Positions 36,894 to 46,800 of a stretch of DNA of 64,000 bases are shown here, piece after piece. Position 1 is the first letter of the stretch, and the number at the start of each line of letters is the position of its first letter. This stretch comes from Candidatus Nomurabacteria bacterium (lineage in GTDB: Bacteria; Patescibacteriota; Minisyncoccia; Phycocordibacterales; UBA9973): positions 18,227 to 82,226 of the forward strand of contig CALQYS010000002.1 in the NCBI GenBank assembly GCA_943348755.1, read 5' to 3'. The notes under the pieces are model-generated. The model was not told the DNA's origin. It saw only the letters and a program-made list of their open reading frames with translations, and ran no database searches. The translations under genes and the position numbers were made by a program.

Positions 36894-38395
36894 ATAAAAA
36901 AATAATACAAAATATAAAATCGATAATTCTAGCCCTAGCCATTGTACTTGGGGCAGGGTATGTGTCCGCAGCATGGACAGTACCCCCAGCGACTCCGCCA
37001 AATGGCAATGTTCCTGCTCCGATAAATGTGGGAGGTAAGGATGGCACTGACTCTACTAAGTGGTACAGTCAATTTAAAACAGGTCTCATCACTCTTGATC
37101 ATTTAATCACTGGAGATCTTACAGTAACCAATTCTGACGGCACTGTTTCTGGTATTACTTCTGGATCTACTCTAGTAGCTGATGGGAATAATACTGGGAA
37201 GGTGAAGTGGCAGGCACCAGCGTGTTCTTCCGTAGTTGACACCACTAGTAGCCTTTCTCTTAGTGGCAACTCTGGGAATAACGCAGGTATCGTTACAAAT
37301 ATTGCTACTTTGACCGCAGGTGATTATCAGATCACTGGTTCCGGAGCTACGGCTAATTCAGGTGGTGGTGGTTGGGCTGGAGTTGTTATTACTAGCTCTG
37401 CAACTTTGACTTATGCTCAAGAGGATGCCATTTTGACAGGATTATATGGAACCACAGCGACTGGGGGAAATGACCCTTCATATAAATCATATTATAATGA
37501 CAGTGATCCTGGGACTATATTTATTAGAAAAAGGGGTGGATATAATGATGGAGCATTCTCAATTCCATCTACATCAATAACAGTCACTGGAACAAAATAT
37601 CTATACACTTTACTTGGTCAAACCAGCATGTCTGGATCTCTAAATGTAAACAAGATGAAGCAATCTTGTGGGACTACGACAGCTACAACAGGTCCCGCTA
37701 TTATTGGCCCCCTTACTGACCCAGCTGGAACGACTTCTCAACATCAAGTTTCTTTTAATCTTAATTCATCTAGCGACGTGCTCGTCATCGCTTATGTTGC
37801 AGCTTCGGCTGATCTGGGAATAGGTTACGTCAAACTCCTTACTGATAACGTTGTAAGGTACACCTCATATTATGGTGAAGAATGCGGTAAAGGTTGTAGT
37901 GGTGGGGTTGCATCAGTAGTACTTTCGACTAAACAAACTCTCAGTGCAGGTACACATACGCTAAAAGTGCAGACTCCTGGTAGTCGCCCATCCATATATA
38001 CTGATGATACAGGCGGCGGCGGGGTACAATTTTATGTATATGTGCTGACTCCGGGCTCTGGTTTTTCTGGCGGCGGCGGTTCTTCAGGGGTTTCTAGTAT
38101 TGTTGCAGGTTCTGGTGTAACTGTTTCTCCAGTAAGTGGTACAGGTAGTGTGACTGTAAGTGCTACAGGCAGTACGGCAGTTATTCCCTCTGGGACTTGG
38201 TGTGGTGTATATGGTGAATCTGGATCTGGTTCAAATCATTCTCTTAGTGTAATTAATTCTTGTGGTGGGTATGTTCCTCCTAGTTTTACCCAAAGCCATT
38301 GTCCAACTGGGTATACAAAATTCACTATTTCAAGTTCTGGGGCTAACACTATGGCGAATCCTTATCAAGGTACTTATTCTTGTGTAAAGGATTAA
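36890..38395 (+). CDS. Secreted fibre/adhesin-like protein, paralog 1
   Basis: Signal peptide, WTVPPATPPNGNV.APINVG motif, G/S/T-rich beta modules, Cys-rich C-terminus. Confidence 0.85.
   Translation: MNKKIIQNIKSIILALAIVLGAGYVSAAWTVPPATPPNGNVPAPINVGGKDGTDSTKWYSQFKTGLITLDHLITGDLTVTNSDGTVSGITSGSTLVADGNNTGKVKWQAPACSSVVDTTSSLSLSGNSGNNAGIVTNIATLTAGDYQITGSGATANSGGGGWAGVVITSSATLTYAQEDAILTGLYGTTATGGNDPSYKSYYNDSDPGTIFIRKRGGYNDGAFSIPSTSITVTGTKYLYTLLGQTSMSGSLNVNKMKQSCGTTTATTGPAIIGPLTDPAGTTSQHQVSFNLNSSSDVLVIAYVAASADLGIGYVKLLTDNVVRYTSYYGEECGKGCSGGVASVVLSTKQTLSAGTHTLKVQTPGSRPSIYTDDTGGGGVQFYVYVLTPGSGFSGGGGSSGVSSIVAGSGVTVSPVSGTGSVTVSATGSTAVIPSGTWCGVYGESGSGSNHSLSVINSCGGYVPPSFTQSHCPTGYTKFTISSSGANTMANPYQGTYSCVKD
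36968..37155 (+). repeat. 188-bp direct repeat, copy 1
   Basis: 11 mismatches vs 38492-38679 by manual alignment. Confidence 0.9.
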
Positions 38396-38413
38396 TGTGT
38401 TGTTTTTAATAAC

Positions 38414-39022
38414 ATGACCCAAAAAACAATCCAAAACTTAAAATCATCCATTCTTACCTTCGCTCTTGTGCTTGGGGTAAGTTATGCATCTGCAGCATGG
38501 ACAGTACCTCCAGCGACTCCACCAAATGGCAATGTTTCTGCACCGATAAATGTGGGGGGTAAAGATGGCACTGACCCTACTAAATGGTACAGTCAATTTA
38601 AAACAGGTCTTATCACTCTTGATCATCTAATCACTGGAGATCTTACAGTGACCAATTCTGACGGCACTGTTTCTGGTATCATTGCTGGATCAGGTGTAAC
38701 TATTTCTCCTGCTGGCGGTACGGGTGCTGTGACTGTGAATGCGACAGGTGGTACTTCCATTTCAACTATTAGAAGTTCTATCGAATATGTATCATGTACC
38801 GGAAGTGCAAATACCGGCGTGAATCCGACTTGTACAGCTACCTGTCCGACTGGCAAAAAAGTAATTGCTGGAAGTTGTTTCAGTATTAATGGTGGTAATA
38901 GTGCAAATGTAATACTCAAAGACGAACCAGATGCAAGTGGTAGTGGATGGGTCTGTACTGGTAGAGCTACAGTAGCAAGCAATAATTCTGCATCAGTATC
39001 TCTATCAGCATCATGTTTGTAG
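38414..39022 (+). CDS. Secreted fibre/adhesin-like protein, paralog 2
   Basis: Same N-terminal domain; different six-Cys C-terminal tip (TATCPTGKKVIAGSC...GWVC). Confidence 0.85.
   Translation: MTQKTIQNLKSSILTFALVLGVSYASAAWTVPPATPPNGNVSAPINVGGKDGTDPTKWYSQFKTGLITLDHLITGDLTVTNSDGTVSGIIAGSGVTISPAGGTGAVTVNATGGTSISTIRSSIEYVSCTGSANTGVNPTCTATCPTGKKVIAGSCFSINGGNSANVILKDEPDASGSGWVCTGRATVASNNSASVSLSASCL
38492..38679 (+). repeat. 188-bp direct repeat, copy 2
   Basis: See copy 1. Confidence 0.9.
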
Positions 39023-39031
39023 TCTAAAATC

Positions 39032-42000
39032 ATGAAAATTTCTTTTTTAAAAATAATATTTGCACTAACCTTCTTTATTTCACCATTCATAGCCTTTGCA
39101 GGAACCGGAGACAATATGTCTGGTTACGCTTGGTCTTCCAATATTGGCTGGGTTAGCATGAACTGTACAAATGACAATTCATGCGCGACTGCGAATTACG
39201 GCGTGAATAGAAATGATGATGGCACACTCACGGGTTATGCTTGGTCTTCAAACATTGGCTGGATCAAATTCGGAGGGCTTTCTGGTTTTCCAGCTGGTGG
39301 AGGGACTCCGGCAAATGCTAATGTCACTAATAATATAAAAGGTTGGGTGAGAGTCTGTGGTGGTATGAATAACTTAGCAACTACTCCAGAAAGACCAAAT
39401 CAGAGTCCATCTAATGATAGTTGTACTGGTAGTTCCCGCACCGATGGCTGGGATGGTTGGATTTCTTTATCTGGTACTAATCCTAATTATGGTGTTAGTG
39501 CAGCAGACGGATCACATTTTAGTGGATATGCTTGGGGTTCTGATGTTGTCGGCTGGATTGATTTCACTGGTGTTGTTGGTCCTGTCATGACCGGTACCCT
39601 TACCCCTACATCTCAAAGTTGTATCATTGCCCGAGGTGCAAGCAGTTGTAATGTCGATTTGTCTTGGGACACAGTGTATTCTGAAGTCACGCCTTCGAAC
39701 ATAACTACGTCTTCTCCTGTTGCGGGCACTGTTGTGGCAACTGGAAATTCTGGTGATCCTAGTTCGATTGGCTATCACTCTTTTTCTGTTCCGGGCGGTA
39801 CAAATGGTGGTAGCTTAACTTTTTCTCTTAAAAATAATGGCAAATTACTTGGTTCAAGTATTGCCACTTCTAGTTGTCTCGGGGGCACAGTTTGGGATGG
39901 TTCTAAGTGTGTTTCGCCGTCTTGTCCACCGGGAGCTGTAGCGCTTGCTTCCGGTGTAATTGATGTCGATGGCACGGTTACGGCGGCAGCCCCTGCTGGT
40001 TTTTCAGGCGGAATCTTTTCATCTAGTAATACTAATAATGCTACGGTTTCTGGTTCTGTGGTTACTGGCAAGGTGGCTAGTACAGTCACTATCTCTGGTT
40101 CTGGTTGGAATAATAGCAATGGCGCGACGTCTTGTAATCTTTCGGGAGATACACTCACTGTGACCAATGCTCCCGTGAATGGTCAGTGTGATAATAGATC
40201 AAATGGGCAAACTCTTGCTTCAAAACCTGTGTCCAATTTATGTTTATCGGGTGACGATACTCCCACCCCTGTGGCAGGATCTGGTCCTTGGACATGGAGT
40301 TGTAATGGTCTAAATGGCGGTACTAATGCAAGTTGTAGTGCACAGAAAGCTATCATCACTCACGCTGTTACTGCTACTCACGGTACAGGCGGAACTATTT
40401 CTCCGAGTTCAAGAATTGTGAACGACGGTCTGACCACCACGTTTACTATTACTCCGACTCCAAATTCTGATTATGTAATATCTTCAGTCGCAGGTTGTGG
40501 TGGGACACTAAATGGTAATACTTACACCACTGGTCCTATAACGAATGATTGTACTGTGTCAGCTAGTTTTGAGTTGTCTTGTCCACTAGGTAAAGACCTT
40601 GTGTCTGGTGCTTGTCAAAGTAGACATACTATCACAGCCACTCAAGCACCGAATGGAACAATCACACCAGCCGGGATCACAAGTGTCATATATGGTGCCG
40701 AACAGTCATACATCATTGATCCTGCACCTGGTTATGTTGTGTCTTCATTGATTGTGGATGGTGTAACGATATCCGGTGCTAATTCTAAACTATTTTCTAA
40801 CGTCACAACCAATCATACTATTAGTGCAACATTCACTGCTACTGCTTGTGCTAACGAAGCAACCAACCCTCCAACATGTACTATTTGTACCACTGGTTCT
40901 GCGATAGTTGGCGGAATGTGCACACCAGTGACTGTGTCTGTTAGCTCTACTACTCCATACAATACAACCCCAAATACAAATGTTTCTTTTGCCTATACCC
41001 CAACTACAAATTCAGGAATCACTGAATGCCGTTTACTCGATAGCTCAAAACAACCATTAAGTATCTATCAAGCCAACAGTCCAATAGTCCATAGTTCACA
41101 AAATACTGAGGACTCAGTAAATTATTATATTGAATGTCGAAATACTACGACGACATCAGCGACCGCCACCTCCAATCCAATTATGGTGAACACATCTTGT
41201 TCCTCAGGACGAACTTGGAACGGGACTAGTTGTGTTGCTATGTCCGGTAGTCTGACTTCTGCATCTCCAAGTTGTGTAATTCCTATTGGAGCAAGTAGCT
41301 GTAACGTGAATTTAGCTTGGAGTATAAATAATCCTGAAGCCACCCCAACTGCTATTACAGGTACAGGAGGATTTACCACCAATGTAAGTAATACTAAGAC
41401 CACACCTCAATCAGGTAATATATCTGTACCTGTTCCATATTCTAGCCGAACATTTTACTTGTATAATAATGCTCACGAGCTTAGCATTCCTGGAGGAGTT
41501 GCTACCACTTCCAATTGTGACGCATCGGGTGCTGCTTGGGATGAGGCGCAGTTGAAATGTGTTGCTACTAATTTAAATATGGATCTAAAAGTAAACGGGG
41601 CTGATCATAGTACTTCTGCTACTGCGCTAGTCATAAAGCCGAGAGACACCATAAATTTTACCTGGACAAGTGCTGGTAACATCGGTTATCAATGTTTTTC
41701 AACTATTCTTAGTTCGGATGGTATTGAAAAAAGTATACCACTTAACATGGCTCCTCCTGGCGTTGCCATAACTGCTCCTTCGGTAGCTGGTCAATACACT
41801 TATTCAGCTAGATGTACACAAAATACTCCTTCCGCCATGAATAGTGTCGATAGATTTCTCTCATTCTTTACTAAGTCTGCATTGGCTCAGACAGTGTTAA
41901 ATGCTTTTGATACTGTTTACGTAAAAGTTGTGGCTCCTATTAATGGGGCTTGTGGAGAGTTACGTAATTCTTGTGCTCAAGGGAATCCTGCCAATATTGT

Positions 42001-42703
42001 AGATGGTCCTACCAGTTATACATGGTCATGTAATAGTCCAGATACCGGAACCAATGCGTCCTGTTTCGAAAATAAACCTGTGCCGATCAATGGCGGATGG
42101 AGTGATTGGGGTGCCTGTAGCGATACTTGCGGAAGTGGTACACAAACTCGTCTTTGTAATAATCCTGCGCCGGCAAATGGTGGAACTCTGTGTGTAGGAG
42201 ACCCTATTCAGACTTGTCCTAACCTACCTGCTTGCAGTGGTGGTAGGGAAAATGGCCTATGCGGACCTATAGCCGCACCGAGCCACTGGAGTTGTGACGC
42301 AGGCACAAGTGCTCGTCCATTACCAGATACAAATAATAATTATATTTGGACTTGTAATGGTAAAAATGGGGGAAAAGATGCACTTTGTTCAGAGACAAAG
42401 TCAAATACTTGTGAAAATAATACTGCTACTAATTTTGGGCAAATTGGCAAATGTGAATATATAGTTATTGATTTACCACGCTGTACTGATAAAGATGCTT
42501 TGAATTTCGGTGCTTTAGCAGAATGTGATTTTCCTCCTGATAATATTTGCCACAAAACGGATGCCAATAATCAAGGCCTGCCTTTGCCTTGTACTTATGA
42601 TCCTGGAAAAGTCTGTAATAATCCATTTGCTAGGAACTGGACACCCCAAGGAACACCCGCTCCTTGTGTATTTCAGAAAAAGCCAATATTTATAGAGAAC
42701 TAA
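39032..42703 (+). CDS. Large secreted Cys-rich multidomain surface protein with a thrombospondin type-1 repeat
   Basis: Signal peptide; GYAWS.NIGW repeats; NG.C...W.C.G.NGG..A.C repeats; GGWSDWGACS.TCG.GTQTR.CNNP.P.NGG..C. Confidence 0.88.
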   Translation: MKISFLKIIFALTFFISPFIAFAGTGDNMSGYAWSSNIGWVSMNCTNDNSCATANYGVNRNDDGTLTGYAWSSNIGWIKFGGLSGFPAGGGTPANANVTNNIKGWVRVCGGMNNLATTPERPNQSPSNDSCTGSSRTDGWDGWISLSGTNPNYGVSAADGSHFSGYAWGSDVVGWIDFTGVVGPVMTGTLTPTSQSCIIARGASSCNVDLSWDTVYSEVTPSNITTSSPVAGTVVATGNSGDPSSIGYHSFSVPGGTNGGSLTFSLKNNGKLLGSSIATSSCLGGTVWDGSKCVSPSCPPGAVALASGVIDVDGTVTAAAPAGFSGGIFSSSNTNNATVSGSVVTGKVASTVTISGSGWNNSNGATSCNLSGDTLTVTNAPVNGQCDNRSNGQTLASKPVSNLCLSGDDTPTPVAGSGPWTWSCNGLNGGTNASCSAQKAIITHAVTATHGTGGTISPSSRIVNDGLTTTFTITPTPNSDYVISSVAGCGGTLNGNTYTTGPITNDCTVSASFELSCPLGKDLVSGACQSRHTITATQAPNGTITPAGITSVIYGAEQSYIIDPAPGYVVSSLIVDGVTISGANSKLFSNVTTNHTISATFTATACANEATNPPTCTICTTGSAIVGGMCTPVTVSVSSTTPYNTTPNTNVSFAYTPTTNSGITECRLLDSSKQPLSIYQANSPIVHSSQNTEDSVNYYIECRNTTTTSATATSNPIMVNTSCSSGRTWNGTSCVAMSGSLTSASPSCVIPIGASSCNVNLAWSINNPEATPTAITGTGGFTTNVSNTKTTPQSGNISVPVPYSSRTFYLYNNAHELSIPGGVATTSNCDASGAAWDEAQLKCVATNLNMDLKVNGADHSTSATALVIKPRDTINFTWTSAGNIGYQCFSTILSSDGIEKSIPLNMAPPGVAITAPSVAGQYTYSARCTQNTPSAMNSVDRFLSFFTKSALAQTVLNAFDTVYVKVVAPINGACGELRNSCAQGNPANIVDGPTSYTWSCNSPDTGTNASCFENKPVPINGGWSDWGACSDTCGSGTQTRLCNNPAPANGGTLCVGDPIQTCPNLPACSGGRENGLCGPIAAPSHWSCDAGTSARPLPDTNNNYIWTCNGKNGGKDALCSETKSNTCENNTATNFGQIGKCEYIVIDLPRCTDKDALNFGALAECDFPPDNICHKTDANNQGLPLPCTYDPGKVCNNPFARNWTPQGTPAPCVFQKKPIFIEN

Positions 42704-42707
42704 TAAT

Positions 42708-42742
42708 TACCAAAAAATCCCCACAGAGGGGATTTTTTGGTA
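42708..42742. terminator. Intrinsic terminator hairpin abutting the pilB -10 element
   Basis: TACCAAAAAATCCCC-ACAGA-GGGGATTTTTTGGTA. Confidence 0.8.
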
Positions 42743-42752
42743 TACTATATAG

Positions 42753-44513
42753 ATGCAGATTGATGAAGATCAATTAAAGAAATTTATTCTGGAATCAGGG
42801 CTGATTTCTAAAACAGATTTTAACTCAGCAGTAAAGGCATCGGAAGCTAAAAAACAAAAATTTGGCAATTTTTTACTTTCCGAAGGCAAAATATCAGAAA
42901 CTGATCTAAAACGAATGGAGGCTTTTGTTCTGGTGATACCATTTATTTCTTTAGTTAAAGAGAAAATTGATCTTGCCGTGCTGTCTCTAATACCAGAGCC
43001 TATCGCGCGCAATGACAATATCGTTGCCTATAAGAAAAGCGAAAAAGGGCTTGAGGTGGCGATGCTTGATGTAGATGATTTACCTGTCATTGATTTTATC
43101 AAGAAACGTTCTGGGCTTAAAATCTTGCCCAGACTCACTGATACCGCTTCGATCAAGTCTGTACTAGTCCAATATCGAAAAAGCCTCAAGGCTGAGTTTT
43201 CCAATATAATTCAAAAAGAATCAAAGACATCTGACATAGGTTCATTTCAAAATAACGAACAATTAGTGGAGAAATCTGAATCAGAATTAAAGCAAATGGC
43301 AGAAGATTTGCCAGTGGTTAAGATAGTAGATTCCTTGATTGATCATGCGATTCTGCAAAATGCTTCTGATATTCATATCGAACCCGGGGAGAAGGATCTG
43401 ACAGTTCGCTATAGGATCGATGGTATTTTACACGATGCAATGACTCTGGATAAAAATGCTGGCGCAGGGATCACTGCGCGTATCAAGGTGTTATCAAATC
43501 TTAAACTGGACGAAAAAAGATTGCCACAAGACGGTAGGTTTAAAAAAGAGCAGGATGGAGAAAAGATTTCTTTTCGTGTTTCCACCTTGCCTACTTTTTT
43601 TGGAGAAAAAACGGTCATGAGAATTTTAAAAGAGAATACTCACGGATTCTCACTCGAAACACTTGGTTTTCATGGGGAAGGGCTTGAGAGGATACACGGG
43701 TCATTGTCGCAAAAGACCGGGATGATTTTAGCCACAGGTCCTACCGGAAGTGGTAAGACTACGACCCTCTACACCATGCTCGATATCTTAAACAAACCAG
43801 AAGTTAATATCTCTACCGTAGAAGATCCGATTGAATATCAGATGCCTAGGGTAAATCAAACACAAGTAAAGCCTGAAATAGGACTTTCTTTTGCAAATGG
43901 CCTGCGGTCACTTTTGCGTCAGGATCCAGATATAATAATGGTGGGAGAAATTCGAGATAAAGAAACAGCGGGTCTCGCAGTTAATGCCTCACTCACTGGT
44001 CACTTGGTTCTCTCAACTATCCATACTAATTCTGCCTCTGGTGCGATACCGAGACTTATTGATATGGGCGTAGAACCCTTTCTAATAACTGCAACGGTGA
44101 AAACAATCATCGCGCAAAGATTGGTGCGCAGACTCACCGCCACTAAAGAAAAATACTTCTTATCACCAGCCGAAATAAAAAATTTATCAAAAGTTGTTGA
44201 TTTAGATAGAGTAATTGGATTTTTAAAAACTGAAAATATTATTGGTGCCAATGATGCTTGGGACAAAATTCCTTTTTACAAACCGGTAAAAAGTAGTGAA
44301 TCAGAAGATGGTTATTCCAATCGTATTGGAATGCATGAAGTTTTAAAGGTTACTTCCACTATCAAGGATATGATTATCGCTGGGAAATCCCAAGATGACA
44401 TAGAAATACAAGCCAAAAAGGAGGGGATGATGACGATGTTAGAAGATGGGGTTTATCAGGCGGTTTTGGGTGTGACCACCCTAGAAGAAGTATTTCGTGT
44501 TGTTTCCGAATAA
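42753..44513 (+). CDS. pilB: Type IV pilus assembly ATPase (PilB/GspE)
   Basis: ASDIHIEP, RLPQDGR, GPTGSGKTTT, EDPIEY, LRQDPDIIMVGEIRD, TGHLVLST.H. Confidence 0.93.
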   Translation: MQIDEDQLKKFILESGLISKTDFNSAVKASEAKKQKFGNFLLSEGKISETDLKRMEAFVLVIPFISLVKEKIDLAVLSLIPEPIARNDNIVAYKKSEKGLEVAMLDVDDLPVIDFIKKRSGLKILPRLTDTASIKSVLVQYRKSLKAEFSNIIQKESKTSDIGSFQNNEQLVEKSESELKQMAEDLPVVKIVDSLIDHAILQNASDIHIEPGEKDLTVRYRIDGILHDAMTLDKNAGAGITARIKVLSNLKLDEKRLPQDGRFKKEQDGEKISFRVSTLPTFFGEKTVMRILKENTHGFSLETLGFHGEGLERIHGSLSQKTGMILATGPTGSGKTTTLYTMLDILNKPEVNISTVEDPIEYQMPRVNQTQVKPEIGLSFANGLRSLLRQDPDIIMVGEIRDKETAGLAVNASLTGHLVLSTIHTNSASGAIPRLIDMGVEPFLITATVKTIIAQRLVRRLTATKEKYFLSPAEIKNLSKVVDLDRVIGFLKTENIIGANDAWDKIPFYKPVKSSESEDGYSNRIGMHEVLKVTSTIKDMIIAGKSQDDIEIQAKKEGMMTMLEDGVYQAVLGVTTLEEVFRVVSE

Positions 44514-44523
44514 TTATTACTGG

Positions 44524-44610
44524 TTGCGTCTCTCTTATTTTGAGCTTCCCGAGGGTCCCACCCCTGTACTCAGGGGAAGGGCGCAGGGACGAAAAATAAG
44601 AGAGACGCAA
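44524..44610 (-). repeat. Fold-back element F between pilB and pilC
   Basis: Perfect 18-bp inverted repeat 44524-44541/44593-44610; core reverse complement CTGCGCCCT-[CCCCTG hairpin]-GGGACCC is shared with the element at 61512. Confidence 0.8.
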
Positions 44611-44619
44611 GAAGGAATC

Positions 44620-45837
44620 ATGCTTTTTTCTTACAAAGCAAAATCAAAAGAGGGTTTAATCACAGAGGGCGTACTTTACGGCTCGGATCGTTTTTATATT
44701 GCCCATGAATTACGAAGCCATGGAAGCACTCCTCTATCGATAAAAGAAAAAAACACCCGTTTTCTCGATAAACTAACGGGGTTAACAGCTGTATTTTCAA
44801 AAGTTAGTGTAAATGAGCAGATTTTATTCACCAAGAATCTAGGTGGTATGTTAAAAGCTGGACTTTCACTTTCTCGAGCTTTATCAGTTTTGAAAAAACA
44901 GACAAAAAATACGACTATGAATAAGGTTTTAACGTCTTTAATCGATGACATAAATTCTGGGGGGACGCTTTCTTCTGGACTTCAAAAGTTCCCTGAATTT
45001 TTCTCAAGACTTTTTGTCTCAATGACAAAAGCTGGCGAGGAATCAGGTAATCTGTCCGATGCGCTTTCGGATATTGGGCTAAACTTAGAAAAATCTCATG
45101 CTTTAACTAAAAAAATACGTGGAGCCCTTATTTATCCGGGGGTCATTTTATCTGCGATGATCGTGATTGGAGTTTTGATGTTTGCATTCGTTGTACCGAC
45201 ACTAGCAAGCACTTTTAAGGAGCTAGGTGTTGTTTTACCCACTTCTACTCGAGTTCTTATTTTTTTTGGTAATTTCTTTTCTCATAATTTAATACTGACT
45301 TTTGTAATTATAATTGGAGTTGTTGTTGGTCTATACATGCTTTTGCGTGCCAATTTCATGTCCAAATACATTGATTATACTATTCTACAGATTCCAGTTA
45401 TTGGAAATTTAGCAAAAGAATTAAACACCGCTCGCACCGCTCGTACTATTTCCTCACTTTTACTTGCAGGAGTTTCGATAATTCGCGCAGTAGAAATTAC
45501 AGAAGATATTGTCCAAAATGTTTACTATAAAAAAGTTTTAAATGACGCAAAGATCGCTGTGGAAAAAGGGATTTCATTTTCAAAAGTTTTCGAAGATAAT
45601 GACAAACTTTATCCGATAATGATGTCGGAAATGGTACAAGTCGGAGAAGAAACTGGCAAATTATCAGATATGTTACTAGAAATCGCTTTGTTTTATGAAA
45701 CAGAAATTGAAAATAAAACCAAGAATCTCTCTACAATTATTGAACCAGTACTTATGATCATTATTGGTTCCGGAGTCGGATTTTTTGCAATTTCAATGAT
45801 ATCACCACTTTACTCTATTTTAGGAGAAATAAAATAA
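44620..45837 (+). CDS. pilC: Type IV pilus platform protein (PilC/GspF)
   Basis: F.YKA, AGEESGNL, ALIYP, VGEETGKL, IIEP; start at ATG 44620. Confidence 0.93.
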   Translation: MLFSYKAKSKEGLITEGVLYGSDRFYIAHELRSHGSTPLSIKEKNTRFLDKLTGLTAVFSKVSVNEQILFTKNLGGMLKAGLSLSRALSVLKKQTKNTTMNKVLTSLIDDINSGGTLSSGLQKFPEFFSRLFVSMTKAGEESGNLSDALSDIGLNLEKSHALTKKIRGALIYPGVILSAMIVIGVLMFAFVVPTLASTFKELGVVLPTSTRVLIFFGNFFSHNLILTFVIIIGVVVGLYMLLRANFMSKYIDYTILQIPVIGNLAKELNTARTARTISSLLLAGVSIIRAVEITEDIVQNVYYKKVLNDAKIAVEKGISFSKVFEDNDKLYPIMMSEMVQVGEETGKLSDMLLEIALFYETEIENKTKNLSTIIEPVLMIIIGSGVGFFAISMISPLYSILGEIK

Positions 45838-45841
45838 TTTT

Positions 45842-46309
45842 ATGAAAAATTTTTACCAAAAGGGAGTTACGCTTATAGAGCTATTAGTCGTATTAGTCGT
45901 ATTAGGCACTATAATTTCAGTTGTTTTACCAAGATTTTCTAAAATTAGGGAAAATACGGTATTAAAAAATGCTGTCAGTGGTGTTCTTTCTTCTATCGAC
46001 AAAGCTAAGAGCGAGACGCTTTCATCTTTAAATTCATCTGAATACGGAGTGCACTTTCAATCTGATAAAGTTTTAATTTTTAAAGGCAAGATCTTTTCTG
46101 CTGGTGGAGTGGACAATGAATCTATCGTCATTACTACACCCGCCAGCATTTCTAATGTTACATTAGGCGGAGTAAGTAGTACTTCCGGAGATATGTACTT
46201 TAATCGTCTCTATGGAGTTCCCAGCACTACAGGTACGATAACAATTTCTACTCCCTCTTCTTCAAAAATTATCACTATATATGGGACCGGAGCTGTCAGT
46301 TCAAATTAA
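45842..46309 (+). CDS. Minor pilin (FimT/GspH-like)
   Basis: Class III signal KG-VTLIELL. Confidence 0.88.
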   Translation: MKNFYQKGVTLIELLVVLVVLGTIISVVLPRFSKIRENTVLKNAVSGVLSSIDKAKSETLSSLNSSEYGVHFQSDKVLIFKGKIFSAGGVDNESIVITTPASISNVTLGGVSSTSGDMYFNRLYGVPSTTGTITISTPSSSKIITIYGTGAVSSN

Positions 46310-46313
46310 ATTG

Positions 46314-46793
46314 ATGAAAAAAGTTTCAAAAAATTCTGGATTTATGATGGTAGAGACATTGGTGGCGGCATCCATCATTGCTGTCTCGGTCCTAGTATCG
46401 ATGACGGTCGCCCAAAAGTCTGTGTACATTTCCCGTCAGGCTCTTCATACTGCGCAGGCGGCTTTCTTGCTGGAAGAGGGGGCCGAGATGGTGCGTATCT
46501 TGCGTGATAATTCTTGGAATAATATTTCTAATCTTACTGCTGGTACAACTTATTATCCGACTTTTTCCGGGAGCGCTTGGACATTATCTACCACCGGGAG
46601 TACTGTCGGCATTTTTACTAGGAGTTTAACTATATCGAGCGTTAATCGTGATGATACCACTAAAGATATTGTTAATTCTTCGGGTACACCTGATAGTGGC
46701 ACAAAATTGTTTACGGTGACCGTGTCTTGGGGAGAGGGTGGTACGACCATCACCAAAACTTTAAAATTTTATATTGCCAATATTTTTTCATAA
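46314..46793 (+). CDS. Minor pilin (PilV-like)
   Basis: SG-FMMVETL; EEG.E..R..RD..W; VTVSW. Confidence 0.85.
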   Translation: MKKVSKNSGFMMVETLVAASIIAVSVLVSMTVAQKSVYISRQALHTAQAAFLLEEGAEMVRILRDNSWNNISNLTAGTTYYPTFSGSAWTLSTTGSTVGIFTRSLTISSVNRDDTTKDIVNSSGTPDSGTKLFTVTVSWGEGGTTITKTLKFYIANIFS

Positions 46794-46800
46794 ATCAACC

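Noticed and set aside
36968-38679. 188-bp repeat pair as a DGR template/variable repeat
   Set aside because: The mismatches are not adenine-specific and are mostly synonymous, both copies are N-terminal coding sequence, and no reverse transcriptase is present.
44497-44619. N-terminal extensions of pilC (also hit 51906-51962 and argS 61533-61613) in the ORF track
   Set aside because: These are chance open frames through fold-back elements; family-typical N-termini begin at the downstream ATGs.
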